DNA of 60,162 nt. Origin: a virus. Lineage: Duplodnaviria; Caudoviricetes. The stretch is taken from positions 1-60,162 of the IMG/VR virus record IMGVR_UViG_3300042197_004886; one strand, written 5' to 3'. Position 1 is the first letter of the stretch; each line of letters begins with the position of its first letter. The notes beneath the pieces are model-generated. The model did no database searches. It was not told the DNA's origin and was given only the letters and a program-made list of their open reading frames with translations. This document shows positions 19,295-28,856 of this stretch, in pieces. The translations under genes and the position numbers were made by a program.

Positions 19295-19723
19295 ATGACT
19301 ATTGCACAGGCACTAAAAGAAAAAAACAAAAAGGTGGCTAAGATCAACAAGATCTGGACCAGGATCGCTAGTTATAACTCTGTTATCGAAGGCTCGGAAA
19401 AGCCGTACGACAGCGATAAACTGTGGGAAGAGTACAATCGGGAAATTGCCGACCTGATCGACCTCAAGACCCGTATCCACTTGGCCAGCGCGCCAGTACG
19501 TAAGGATATCTTTGCCCTGTCTGAACTAAAGAGCAAAATCCAAAACATGCGCTCTTTAAACACACAGGACGGTCTCTTGCGCGATCGCTATGCCAGCGAA
19601 TATACTGAAATGGTGGCGCATTTTTCTACTCTTTGGAAAGACGAGCAGATCGAGCTTACCGAAAGTATGATCGATTCCATCCAAGAAAAGCTGGATGCCT
19701 TCAACCACTCGACTAACATTTAA
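19295..19723 (+). CDS. DIP1984/DUF6847-like helical protein
   Basis: MTIAQALKE...NSVIEGSEKPYD..L...LIDLKTRI and C-terminal IDSIQEKLDAFNHSTNI match the recalled family pattern (MxLAEAL...VQEG..P.D...N..T.l). Confidence 0.6.
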   Translation: MTIAQALKEKNKKVAKINKIWTRIASYNSVIEGSEKPYDSDKLWEEYNREIADLIDLKTRIHLASAPVRKDIFALSELKSKIQNMRSLNTQDGLLRDRYASEYTEMVAHFSTLWKDEQIELTESMIDSIQEKLDAFNHSTNI

Positions 19724-20046
19724 TCCGGAGGTGGTGTTACACTATCCCTGGACGCGGGGAGAGATCGCAGATAATAAGCAATGACCGCCGCGTGGAATCA
19801 TTGACGAAGAGCGGTAGCGCAGGCGAAAATCCTGCCCGGATAACTTAAAAATGGGCACCGGCGGCTGAGAACGAGGAGACAAATGCTTCTATCTAGAACG
19901 AAAGTTCTATACTACTTGAACCTGATGGCGTGATGCGATATGACAATCTCAAAATTCAAGACACAAGAGATCAAAAGGCAAATCGTAAAAAGTCAAGACT
20001 CAATTTTGCAATTGTTAAATCAGGACCAGCCAAAGGCTGCCCACCA
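19723..20046 (+). ncRNA. Putative structured non-coding RNA (two domains, with a periodic YAA tract)
   Basis: No ORF in the track; helices ATCCGG/CCGGAT, GCAGG/CCTGC, CAATGA/TCATTG, TGGGCA/TGCCCA, CCTGAT/ATCAGG; GNRA hairpin TAGAAC-GAAA-GTTCTA; followed by a terminator. Confidence 0.65.
19944..20018 (+). repeat. 11 YAA triplets at 6-8 nt spacing
   Basis: YAA starts at 19944, 19950, 19957, 19964, 19972, 19979, 19986, 19994, 20001, 20009, 20016. Confidence 0.65.
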
Positions 20047-20047
20047 T

Positions 20048-20085
20048 AAAGAAAAAGAGGATCAAATGATCCTCTTTTTTCTTTT
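20048..20085. terminator. Bidirectional intrinsic terminator
   Basis: AAAAAGAGGATC-AAAT-GATCCTCTTTTT between convergent units. Confidence 0.85.
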
Positions 20086-20112
20086 ACTCTAGTCCAAAAC
20101 TCTTTGCCTAAA

Positions 20113-20478
20113 TTATTTTAGGGTAAGTAGATATTTAAGCTTGTTGATCTCGGCCAGCATTTCGTCCCGGACATTCAATAGGTCTGTGTCCTTGTGATCA
20201 TCTAATTTGTTATTAAAGGACAATAAGAACTGGGTCAAGGTGTCCAGGTATTCACCCATGTTTACCTCGCCGATATTCATTAGGTTGATAGTATCGTCTT
20301 CTTCTACTGCTACTCGACCGTACTTGCCCATGTAACTCTCCATAAAACTGTCGATTAGGCCATCAAATGCTTCGTAAATTCCATCGAATGCTTTGTGTTT
20401 TGCATAGGAGCCGGTCTGCCAGTGTAGGACTTTAAACTGGGCCTGGATTCCTAAAAATGTTGACATTGCTGTTGCCAT
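20113..20478 (-). CDS. Ferritin/Dps-like four-helix protein (DUF5856-like)
   Basis: LHWQT.SYA.HKA, D.F.E..MGKYGR, RDEML..INKLKYLLTL. Confidence 0.7.
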   Translation of the reverse strand: MATAMSTFLGIQAQFKVLHWQTGSYAKHKAFDGIYEAFDGLIDSFMESYMGKYGRVAVEEDDTINLMNIGEVNMGEYLDTLTQFLLSFNNKLDDHKDTDLLNVRDEMLAEINKLKYLLTLK

Positions 20479-20512
20479 ATTATTACTTTTATTTTATTTA
20501 TTCTCCTAAAAC

Positions 20513-20542
20513 AAAAAAAGAGGGCTTACGGGCCCTCTCTTT
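20513..20542 (-). terminator. Intrinsic terminator after the major capsid gene
   Basis: AGAGGGC/GCCCTCT stem followed by a T-run on the - strand. Confidence 0.75.
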
Positions 20543-20563
20543 AAAACTTAGAAACTAAGTTGA

Positions 20564-22210
20564 TTACGCGCTAAAGTTAGCTGGCGCAACACTTCCAGTA
20601 AGAACACCAATGTTACCTTGGATGTCCATGCTTAAGTATTGAGTTTCAGGATGCCATCCAGCTTCAGTGATAGCATAACGAGACTTCATTCCGATCTTTG
20701 GAGAGAAGGTTCCCTCTGCGATGGTTTGTAAAGACTCAGCCATGATATACGGCATGAATTTAACACCTGGCTCTTCGTCAGCACCTTTACGTCCAAGAAC
20801 GATACGAGTATCACCCCAAGCTAAGTTAGGATCTACGTATACTTGAACTCCGTATACTTTACCAGCTGGGTAAAGGTTACCTGCTGTTCCAGCCATGTCA
20901 GTTGGAACTTGAGCGATAGAGTAACCAGCAACGTCAGCAAGAGCAGAAGCAATACGTCCGTTAGTCACGATGAAGGTAGCTGCACCGAAACGACCTCTGT
21001 GATAGATCAAGTTAGCAAGTTCAAGGATCTTGGTAACCAATCTACGCTGTAAGGTAGAAACGTTTTCAAATCCACCAGAACCAGCAGAAAGATCTAAGGT
21101 AGTGATACCTGCACCTTCAACTAGGGCAACTTCAGCTGAGTGAACATCACCTAAGGTGAATACACGGTCAACCAAACGCTTGTTGATAGACTGGGCAATG
21201 TCATTAACTGCTACGTTTTCCAACATAGAGATAACGTCATAGTTCCATACACGGTTCAAGTCTTGGATTTGCTCTACAGTTGCAGAGATAGAAACTTGGT
21301 CGCCTTCTGCTTCTACGAACTTAGTGAACATTTTAAGACCCATTTGACGGAACTTAGAAAGTTCAGCTTTTTCTCTCTTCATTGATCCGGGTATTCCGCC
21401 AGTTGACGGTAAGTAAGGACCATTGAAATCAGTTGTAGAATAATCATCATCAGATACTGAAGTGAAACCAGAGATGTGGTTTTCAAGAGCAGAAACTAAT
21501 TGTACTGATCCTGTGGCAGTCGCACCAGAAGTATCACCAGCGATGGTTACAGTGTTTCCTTCGATTGACGTCGCAAGAACATTACTACCATTGTCGGCCG
21601 TTACCTTAAGGATTACGTGGCCATCGATACGAGAGAATCCTACGAAATCTAAACTAAAGTCACCAGCGCCAGAACCACTGATTGTTGCTGCGTCACCGTA
21701 TGCTGCACTAGGAAAATCGGTTGCAGTCAATCCTACGATCTTAATCAAGTATGGATCGAAATCCTTATCTGTACGACCGCCTGTGTACAAGTAGTCTAAG
21801 TAAGGTAAGAAACCTACTGGAGAATCCATCGGGATAACTGGTACCAAGTCAAATCCAATTGTCTTAGCTGCAACTTGAATAGCTACAGGAAGCAATGAAG
21901 GAAATTTGTCGCCAGATCCAGAATCTGAGTAAGAATTTTTAACACCACCCGCAGTAAAAGGTGTTTGTGTTGCAGTCGGAGCAACAGGAGCTCCCATGTA
22001 ACCGCCTAAAGAAGCAGGTTGTTGGAAGAATAAACCAGGAGCAGTTTGTTCGAAGATAGGGGCAGTATTATCGAAAATCGCGTGGTTGTGAGCGTACTCA
22101 GCTAACCAAGGAGTTTTCTCCATATTTGCACCGTAACCTTCTAAAACTGGCTTCCAGGTGTTTGCCAAGCGAGCATCGCTTGAACGTCTGAAAATTTTTG
22201 TACGTGCCAT
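20564..22210 (-). CDS. Major capsid protein (T4 gp23-like)
   Basis: W.PVLEG, IGFDLVPVIPMDSPVG, EQIQDL, RGRFGAATFIV, VYVDP, FMPYI, FSPKIGMKSRY. Confidence 0.92.
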   Translation of the reverse strand: MARTKIFRRSSDARLANTWKPVLEGYGANMEKTPWLAEYAHNHAIFDNTAPIFEQTAPGLFFQQPASLGGYMGAPVAPTATQTPFTAGGVKNSYSDSGSGDKFPSLLPVAIQVAAKTIGFDLVPVIPMDSPVGFLPYLDYLYTGGRTDKDFDPYLIKIVGLTATDFPSAAYGDAATISGSGAGDFSLDFVGFSRIDGHVILKVTADNGSNVLATSIEGNTVTIAGDTSGATATGSVQLVSALENHISGFTSVSDDDYSTTDFNGPYLPSTGGIPGSMKREKAELSKFRQMGLKMFTKFVEAEGDQVSISATVEQIQDLNRVWNYDVISMLENVAVNDIAQSINKRLVDRVFTLGDVHSAEVALVEGAGITTLDLSAGSGGFENVSTLQRRLVTKILELANLIYHRGRFGAATFIVTNGRIASALADVAGYSIAQVPTDMAGTAGNLYPAGKVYGVQVYVDPNLAWGDTRIVLGRKGADEEPGVKFMPYIMAESLQTIAEGTFSPKIGMKSRYAITEAGWHPETQYLSMDIQGNIGVLTGSVAPANFSA

Positions 22211-22245
22211 TGTTTAAGTTGATTTTTTTTTAGTTGGCGTTTTTG

Positions 22246-24222
22246 TTACTTGCGATAGCCTGCTCCACGAGAAAGCATTTCTAAGTAACCTTGAGAGTAA
22301 CCTCTCTGCATCTCAACCACCTGGTTTACAGGTACTAGGCCTTCTGTACTTTGGCTTTCGTTGAGTTTCTGCAATTTAGCATTATTTTTTTCTAATTCGA
22401 TTCTTTCGTTGATACCTCTTAGGTCAAGATCATCCCAGAAAGCTTTAGCTTGGTATGGGGTCTTGATTGAATACAACTGTGATTTTGCGTGAACTCTGCT
22501 CTGTTCGCTTTCGTTCATTCTGCTCCATGCTTGTTTGTATTCAGCAGGCATAAATTTAATGTGCGCTGGGATATTTTGATTTTTGTGAGCAATAACAGAT
22601 TCGATGATGCTTACCACATCTCCTTCGTTGAACCATACAGAGGCTCCAAGAGCTTCTACGATGGCTTGTTTCTCGTCAGCAGCTAGAGCATAAAAAGCTT
22701 TTTGTTTTGCTGGGCTCATCACCTTCAAGAAAGGATATCTGTTTTCAAGAACAGTCTGTGCTGAACTATCTGTTACCTCAGCAATAACTCTATCTACTTT
22801 AGCTAGTAACGCGTCTACTGAAGTGGATTCATCTAATTTAGAAACTCCACCTAAGACATTACGACGACCTCCAACTGATCCGCCTTCGTTGATTGATTCA
22901 GCTAAGTACTCGGTGTAACCAATAGACTGGCCCAATTTCTCAGAAAGATACTGTGCGTAGTCGCGATTCATGTTGATATTTTCAGCTAAGTGCTCAGCAT
23001 ACTCGATTCCGCGGTTAGCTCCTTCGGCTACGTACTCAGTGTACTGTAATCCTTTGTCTAACTCTTCGGCTAAGTAGTTCTGATACTTAATAGACTTGGT
23101 CAAGTTTTCTTTGATGTATTCAGAGTAGTTGATGCTCTGATTCAATTTCTCAGCAATGTAATCTTGGTGATTGATGCTTTGGTTTAATTTTTCACCAACG
23201 TAGTTTGTATACTCAATAGAGTTGTTGGTAGTTTCAGCTACGTGCTCGGTGTAGCGAATTGACTCGTTCAGCTTAGAAGAGAGATAATCAGCATAATTAA
23301 CTACTCCTTCTAATTGAGCTGCTAAATAATTTACAAATCCTACGAGTTTAGAATTGTCTACATCAGCACCACTAGATTGAGCAGATTCAAAAACTGCTTT
23401 TTGAGCTTTTAATTCATTTTTAATGCCAGCAAACTGATTGCTCAGTACTTTCGAGTACTGATCCATTTGTTCTCTTGTTACGAAATCGGCCATTGTTGTG
23501 CTATTTTTTTGTGTTTTTTGAGGCGTGCTGAAGTTACTTCCGAACGCTTTATCTGAATTATTTATCTTGTAGACTTTAAAATTGTCCGCAAAATCTAAAC
23601 TTTCTGAGATGTCTACCACATTTTTTGAATTAACAAAGGAAGATTCCTTTAGGTGGTTATAACTCTCAGTAATCATTTGAAAATCGTTTTTCAAAGACTC
23701 AGATACTGCATTTTTAAGGATTGCCTCGGTGAAACCAGGCTCTCCAACTAGGTCATAGGTAAAAATTCTCTGTAGGGTAACTTTACCGCTTTCGTTTACC
23801 GAACCGGCTGCTCTAGAGGAAATCGATAGCTGAACTCCTCCTTCAAGAAGAGCTTTTGCAATTTTACCGTTAGGCGTATTCTCTAGGATTCTCAACTTGA
23901 TATTAACCCTGTCCTGACCATCATAGTTTAAGTCTTGAATGATATGCGATGCACTCTTCAAGCTTACGTCAAAGGAAGGTGGGTGATCGAGGTCACCTAC
24001 TAATTGATTTTTAGAGATCTTTTCTTTAAGATAAGAAAGATGCGGAAGATACTCGTTCTTCTCGTAGATACGACGGTTGTTGTTCATCTGTCCAAAGACA
24101 GCGCAAACACCCTCTAACACGGTACCGCTTGGACTGGACGATTGAACATTTAATTTTTGTCCAATGTTCTCGATAATAAGAACTACATCCTCACCAGTTG
24201 ACTTATTGTTTAAGTTTGCCAA
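22246..24222 (-). CDS. Prohead core protease (gp21-like) fused to a long repetitive scaffold-like region
   Basis: NNNRRIY, GDLDHP, TPNGKIAKALL, ISSRAAGSV, YDLVGEPGF; followed by 14-aa coiled-coil repeats. Confidence 0.88.
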   Translation of the reverse strand: MANLNNKSTGEDVVLIIENIGQKLNVQSSSPSGTVLEGVCAVFGQMNNNRRIYEKNEYLPHLSYLKEKISKNQLVGDLDHPPSFDVSLKSASHIIQDLNYDGQDRVNIKLRILENTPNGKIAKALLEGGVQLSISSRAAGSVNESGKVTLQRIFTYDLVGEPGFTEAILKNAVSESLKNDFQMITESYNHLKESSFVNSKNVVDISESLDFADNFKVYKINNSDKAFGSNFSTPQKTQKNSTTMADFVTREQMDQYSKVLSNQFAGIKNELKAQKAVFESAQSSGADVDNSKLVGFVNYLAAQLEGVVNYADYLSSKLNESIRYTEHVAETTNNSIEYTNYVGEKLNQSINHQDYIAEKLNQSINYSEYIKENLTKSIKYQNYLAEELDKGLQYTEYVAEGANRGIEYAEHLAENINMNRDYAQYLSEKLGQSIGYTEYLAESINEGGSVGGRRNVLGGVSKLDESTSVDALLAKVDRVIAEVTDSSAQTVLENRYPFLKVMSPAKQKAFYALAADEKQAIVEALGASVWFNEGDVVSIIESVIAHKNQNIPAHIKFMPAEYKQAWSRMNESEQSRVHAKSQLYSIKTPYQAKAFWDDLDLRGINERIELEKNNAKLQKLNESQSTEGLVPVNQVVEMQRGYSQGYLEMLSRGAGYRK

Positions 24223-24241
24223 AAGCCTTTAATTTTTTTAT

Positions 24242-24249
24242 TATTTATA
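24242..24249 (-). promoter_or_regulatory. T4-type late promoter TATAAATA
   Basis: Exact T4 late consensus just upstream of the protease-capsid operon. Confidence 0.75.
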
Positions 24250-24282
24250 AAGGCTTTTGCTAAAAAATTTGCGAAAGGGCTC

Positions 24283-25263
24283 CTAAACCTTTTGCAGGAG
24301 CTCTTTAAAGCTATCTTTTTCCTCTTTGCTTAAATTTGAGAGGTCTGGAGTGATAATATCAAAGCAGATGATGTACTTTCCGACCTCCCTACGCTCGTTT
24401 AGGATGCCCTCAGACTCCAATACAAACCTTAAATCAGTCAGCGTTTTAGGCCCATTGATCTCGGCATCATACCTTTTATTGAGGATAGTTTCGATCCTTA
24501 CCTTTTCTCCCTTTAGTAACACTTTATAGAGCGGCACCTCGACCCTCTGCAAGACATCGTTGCCTAGGATCTCGACGTGTGGCGGCACTTCAAATTCAAT
24601 ATCGACATAGAGGTCGCCGAATATCGGTAGCTGTTCTGTATCTCCCCAGATATTAATATGACCCACTATTTCTTCGTTGCCGATTTTGCCTGCTCTTACT
24701 CTAGTAGAATAGATTCCTCCTTCTCTCTTGATAGGCAGGTGCATTGCTCTAAGATTTAGCTGGATAGCAATCTCTTTCTCCTCCTCTACCTGTTTATAGT
24801 TAAGTAACTTGTCTGTTTTGCCGACTACTTCTACCTTTTTTCTCTTGAACTCAAGTTCAATTTTTTTACCCAGTAGAGCGTCGGCCAGCGGTACCTTTGT
24901 CTTTAGCTTGATGTCTAGGTGTTCAGTGGTCGGCGGTGCCGCATGGGTCTTGCCTTGGCTTGCCCTGGCTCTAGCGTTCTCGTGTGCCCGTGAGCTCTTG
25001 AATTGCTCAGAACCAAAGTTATTTACAAAATCGTTGAATGAAAAACGACCGCTCTCAAATTTACGTGAGTCATCGTACTTTTTTCTCTTCTCTACATCTC
25101 CTAATATTGAATATGCCTCGGCAATCTTTTTAAACCGCTCCTCTGCAGCGACATTGCCAGGATTTTTGTCTGGATGGTACTGCTGTGCCAGCTTACGATA
25201 GCTCTTTTTGATCTCGGTCTCTGTTGCATTTTCCTGAATTTCTAAGATCCTGTAGTGGTCCAT
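24283..25263 (-). CDS. dnaJ: DnaJ-class co-chaperone (no zinc finger)
   Basis: J-domain with HPDKN; C-terminal GDLYV substrate-binding-type region. Confidence 0.88.
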   Translation of the reverse strand: MDHYRILEIQENATETEIKKSYRKLAQQYHPDKNPGNVAAEERFKKIAEAYSILGDVEKRKKYDDSRKFESGRFSFNDFVNNFGSEQFKSSRAHENARARASQGKTHAAPPTTEHLDIKLKTKVPLADALLGKKIELEFKRKKVEVVGKTDKLLNYKQVEEEKEIAIQLNLRAMHLPIKREGGIYSTRVRAGKIGNEEIVGHINIWGDTEQLPIFGDLYVDIEFEVPPHVEILGNDVLQRVEVPLYKVLLKGEKVRIETILNKRYDAEINGPKTLTDLRFVLESEGILNERREVGKYIICFDIITPDLSNLSKEEKDSFKELLQKV

Positions 25264-25274
25264 CTTTTTTCTCT

Positions 25275-25301
25275 AAACTTTTTATTTCTATCTTGTATAA
25301 A
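25275..25301 (+). promoter_or_regulatory. Putative promoter AAAC-N17-TATAAA for the glycosylation cluster
   Basis: Recurrent motif. Confidence 0.55.
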
Positions 25302-25323
25302 ACAAGAAAAAAAAGTTTTGTCG

Positions 25324-25944
25324 ATGGCGGTTTTAGGCAAGAGACTAGAGGAATTTATTGGACTGCATAAAGACCAAAAGATTGTGGTCTGCGGCTGCGG
25401 TACCTCCCTGTCTGAATTTAAGTCAGTCCACTCTGATTACATTACCATTGGTGTCAACGATGTACCTCTGCTTTTTCAGCCGACTTATCTCCTAGTCACC
25501 GACTCTCCAGGTAGATTTAGAACAGAGACCCGAGTAAAAATGGTCAACGGCTCTACTGCAAATTATCTTTTTACCTGTGCTAAAGGTTGGAGACATAGAA
25601 ATATCGTTTACTTTGAACTTGGTTCACAGGCTGCAAAAAACCTGAACAGTCGAACCAAGATCGACCACTTTGTGCACTCTCCATACTGTGCAGTCGGCCT
25701 AGCCTATAAGATGGGTGCCAAGCATATTGGTCTTATCGGGGTCGATTTTACCAACGGGCATTTCTATAACCCTCGTGATGGAGCACACCCTGTGATACAG
25801 ATGAATTACCTAAAGCGGGTAAACTCGGTGTACAGCGCAATGCTTACTGCGCTTTCTGGAAACGGGGTTAGTTTATATAATCTTAGTAGGCAAAGCCTGC
25901 TGGAGGTACCTAAAATAACGATTGATGAGTTTTCCAAACTATGA
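25324..25944 (+). CDS. DUF115/MAF-like glycosylation-associated protein
   Basis: IVVCGCGTSL, ITIGVND, AYKMGAKHIGLIGVDF. Confidence 0.65.
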   Translation: MAVLGKRLEEFIGLHKDQKIVVCGCGTSLSEFKSVHSDYITIGVNDVPLLFQPTYLLVTDSPGRFRTETRVKMVNGSTANYLFTCAKGWRHRNIVYFELGSQAAKNLNSRTKIDHFVHSPYCAVGLAYKMGAKHIGLIGVDFTNGHFYNPRDGAHPVIQMNYLKRVNSVYSAMLTALSGNGVSLYNLSRQSLLEVPKITIDEFSKL

Positions 25945-26594
25945 AGATAATTATTCCAGCTAGGCTAGGTTCAAAGGGCTTGCCTTTTAAGAATCGTACC
26001 CTATTCGACCGCACGGCCAGTATCATTCCTCAGGCCAAGAGAAACTCTACTTGGGTCACTACGGATGATCCTGAAATAGAGGCACAGGCCGTCGATTGGG
26101 GTTTTAACGTGATACGACGCCCTGCTGAACTTTCACAGGACGAAAGCTCGATTCGAGACGTGATGTTGCATGCAGTCAGGCACCTTAATCTAGACAGTAG
26201 GGAGCTTGTGCTCATGCTCTATCTTACCTATCCAGAGCGCACTTGGGCAGATGTCGAAGCGGCTACTGAATTTTTTCTACAGTACTATCAATATGGAGCT
26301 ACCGATTCGCTGCTCTGCAAAAAAGCGGTGAAGAGTCACCCTTACCTCTGTCTAGAGGAGACAGGTATAGGTTCTGCATTTGGTAAGCAGATAACTCCAC
26401 ATGACCTATACCGCCGACAGGACTATCCCACCTGCTTTGAACTGAGCCACTATATCTCGATATTTGAAGCCGGTGCAATCTATCGACTTAATCGCAACCT
26501 TTACTCAAATAATACTGTCTTCTATGGGATCGGGGATCCGGTAGATATCGACACACAAAAAGACCTAGAGTCATTAAATGAGCGTAGCAATTAA
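25941..26594 (+). CDS. neuA: Acylneuraminate (nonulosonate) cytidylyltransferase
   Basis: IIPARLGSKGLPFKN, VTTDD, RPAELSQD, VDIDTQKDL. Confidence 0.85.
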   Translation: MKIIIPARLGSKGLPFKNRTLFDRTASIIPQAKRNSTWVTTDDPEIEAQAVDWGFNVIRRPAELSQDESSIRDVMLHAVRHLNLDSRELVLMLYLTYPERTWADVEAATEFFLQYYQYGATDSLLCKKAVKSHPYLCLEETGIGSAFGKQITPHDLYRRQDYPTCFELSHYISIFEAGAIYRLNRNLYSNNTVFYGIGDPVDIDTQKDLESLNERSN

Positions 26595-27996
26595 TGCCTG
26601 CACCTTTGCCTGTGATGCACAGTTTCCTTTTGTTAGGGTAAGCCTCTACAGTTTTATCCAGCATAATCGTTGGTTTAGTGGTACGGTAAAGCTCATTATT
26701 CACCCAGACTTTCCTCTTTCTGCAACCAACCTTAAGCTGCTAACAATGGTCTATCCCAACCTGGAACAGCACTATATCACGGAAGAGACCTCTTTTTTAA
26801 GAGAAGCTAGGCGCAGCCCCAAGACTTTTCTTTTACAGATAAAGGAGTATGCAAAGCTCTATGTCTTTTCGCTAGGGCAACAGAATCTGCTCTATTTTTC
26901 AAATACTGCCCTCTTCATGAAGGACGTTGCCGGGATGCTACAGCCGCAGAAGATAACCTTTACTAGCGAAAAGTCACTATTTTATCTAGGTAAGGAGTCC
27001 GACCTCTTTTCTCGCTTTGTGGAGGAGTCTCCCAAACATATTGACCTCTTTTTGACCTCTGCCCTAACTGGAGAAGACTTTGATAGAATCGACAACTTGA
27101 CCATATCCGCGACAGTCGTTCGGGACAATAAATTTGCACAGCTCTCCTCGGCCCTGCAGCATGCCAGCTGCATATGCTATAACGACTCTGTCCTGTCGTC
27201 TGGAGTTGGCTATCAGAAGATCAAGCAGGTATGGCTGCATAAGAACAAGGAAGTCGGGCAGGCTCTCTCTTCGCCTAGAGCAATCGCTTTTCCAACAGCA
27301 AATCGTCCTGCCGCTTTGCCGACCCGATCCGCTGCGCCTCCTGTACAAACAGAAGCCTCTTTTTCACAAGAAACAGTACATCTGCCGTCTTCCTCGGGTC
27401 TAGTTCAATCGCATGACCTATTTAGCTATCTAAATGGTAAAAAAATAGCGTTGGTTGCAAATTCTTCTCTTTTACTGGATCACAAATACGGTGCACTGAT
27501 CGACTCACATGATGTAGTTATTCGATTCAACGGTTATCCCATCTCGCCTGAGCATACTGGCACTAAAACCGGCATTCATTTTATTTTTCGACAGGCGCAA
27601 TTCAACCTGGAACAGGCCTGTGATTATCTGGTCGTTCTCTCTAATCCAATCGATCCTTGGAAAAATACAATACGCCATATTTTCAATACCTATCCCACTA
27701 AAAGAATAGTAAATTTTAATTTTCCTCCTAGAAATGCCGTCTCTGCAGCATTTGGCAAGGTAATCGCTCCTACGTCTGGGGTTTGCGCGATATTGTTTAT
27801 CGGTGGGCTGCGTCTTACCTCTGCCACCATTAGCCTATTTGGTTTCAATGGTTATCTTGGAGGAAAGGGCTCCATGTTTCGCTCAAATGAAGATCAGTCG
27901 ATCTCTTCCACCCATAATTATGTAGCTGAGAGAAAATATTTTCAGACAAATTTCAAAGAAATTAGTCCGGGCTTTTTACAAAGAAAAATCACATGA
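26578..27996 (+). CDS. Two-domain glycosyltransferase with a C-terminal GT29 sialyltransferase-like domain
   Basis: Sialylmotif L-like IALVANSSLLL...YGALIDSHDVVIRFN...TGTKT; motif S-like PTSG...FGF; VS-like HNYVAE. Confidence 0.7.
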   Translation: MSVAINACTFACDAQFPFVRVSLYSFIQHNRWFSGTVKLIIHPDFPLSATNLKLLTMVYPNLEQHYITEETSFLREARRSPKTFLLQIKEYAKLYVFSLGQQNLLYFSNTALFMKDVAGMLQPQKITFTSEKSLFYLGKESDLFSRFVEESPKHIDLFLTSALTGEDFDRIDNLTISATVVRDNKFAQLSSALQHASCICYNDSVLSSGVGYQKIKQVWLHKNKEVGQALSSPRAIAFPTANRPAALPTRSAAPPVQTEASFSQETVHLPSSSGLVQSHDLFSYLNGKKIALVANSSLLLDHKYGALIDSHDVVIRFNGYPISPEHTGTKTGIHFIFRQAQFNLEQACDYLVVLSNPIDPWKNTIRHIFNTYPTKRIVNFNFPPRNAVSAAFGKVIAPTSGVCAILFIGGLRLTSATISLFGFNGYLGGKGSMFRSNEDQSISSTHNYVAERKYFQTNFKEISPGFLQRKIT

Positions 27997-28856
27997 TAGA
28001 AGTATTCCATTACCGCGAAACCCCAATTGCCGATGCTCCAAAGGAACTTGCCAAGGCAATCAATAAATTTAATTCAAAGTATCGGTGCCACGTAATCGGT
28101 AAGGGTGCAACTACTTCTAGCCAACCCAAGAAATTTGATATTGTGCACGCACACAATAAAATACCTTTAAAGACCATTCGCGTACCAAAAACTATACTTC
28201 AATATCACAGCGAGCCCTGGCAAGTAGACTTAAAGAGCCCAGTACGTGCAAAACTCGTCATTGCTCAATACCATGCGACCCTGCCTCAATATTCGGGCTG
28301 CACCATCGTGCGTAACGTAATTGACTTTACCACGCCACAATACAACTTAAATGAGGTTAGAGACAAGATCAGGATAGGTTTTTCTCCTAGTAGAAAAGAA
28401 AAAATGGGCAGCTGGCACGATAAAGGTTATCAAAAAACCTCAGCCATCTTAAACAACATAAAAAAAATATACGGCGACCTTGTCGAAATCGACGTTATTA
28501 CCGGTGTCTCATTGGAGGAGTGCATTCGTAGAAAATCCAGGTGCAATATTCTGATCGACGAGTGTGTTACTGCAAGCTATCATCGATCTGGTCTAGAGGG
28601 TCTGGCCCTAGGCAAACTGACAATTTGTTCCCTTTCACCGGAGGTGGAACGGGTCTTTTTAAAGTCGTGCGCTGCAACCGCTTCCCCGTTTATCAATGTA
28701 TGGATCAATTCTCTTGAAATTGAGCTGTGCAAAATAATCGATTGTGGCATAGACTATATCATTGAAACTGGGGTTCAGAGCCGAGACTGGATGACTCGCC
28801 ACTGGCACCCACAAGCGATCGTTAATGAATACGTTAAAATATACGACACTCTATGA
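27993..28856 (+). CDS. GT-B fold glycosyltransferase-like protein
   Basis: IVHAHN, KG, ILIDE...Y..SGLEGLALGK. Confidence 0.7.
   Translation: MIEVFHYRETPIADAPKELAKAINKFNSKYRCHVIGKGATTSSQPKKFDIVHAHNKIPLKTIRVPKTILQYHSEPWQVDLKSPVRAKLVIAQYHATLPQYSGCTIVRNVIDFTTPQYNLNEVRDKIRIGFSPSRKEKMGSWHDKGYQKTSAILNNIKKIYGDLVEIDVITGVSLEECIRRKSRCNILIDECVTASYHRSGLEGLALGKLTICSLSPEVERVFLKSCAATASPFINVWINSLEIELCKIIDCGIDYIIETGVQSRDWMTRHWHPQAIVNEYVKIYDTL

Noticed and set aside
20019-20031. Y-RNA-like GGCTGGTCC on the minus strand
   Set aside because: Only a 9-nt match, the partner strand does not fit, no Ro60 gene is in the window, and the GAAA tetraloop favours the plus strand
19853-20046. tmRNA or canonical tRNA (ends in CCACCA, GGGCA/TGCCC stem)
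   Set aside because: No T-arm with TTCRA before the 3' strand, no G3-U pair, too short for a typical tmRNA, and no convincing tag ORF
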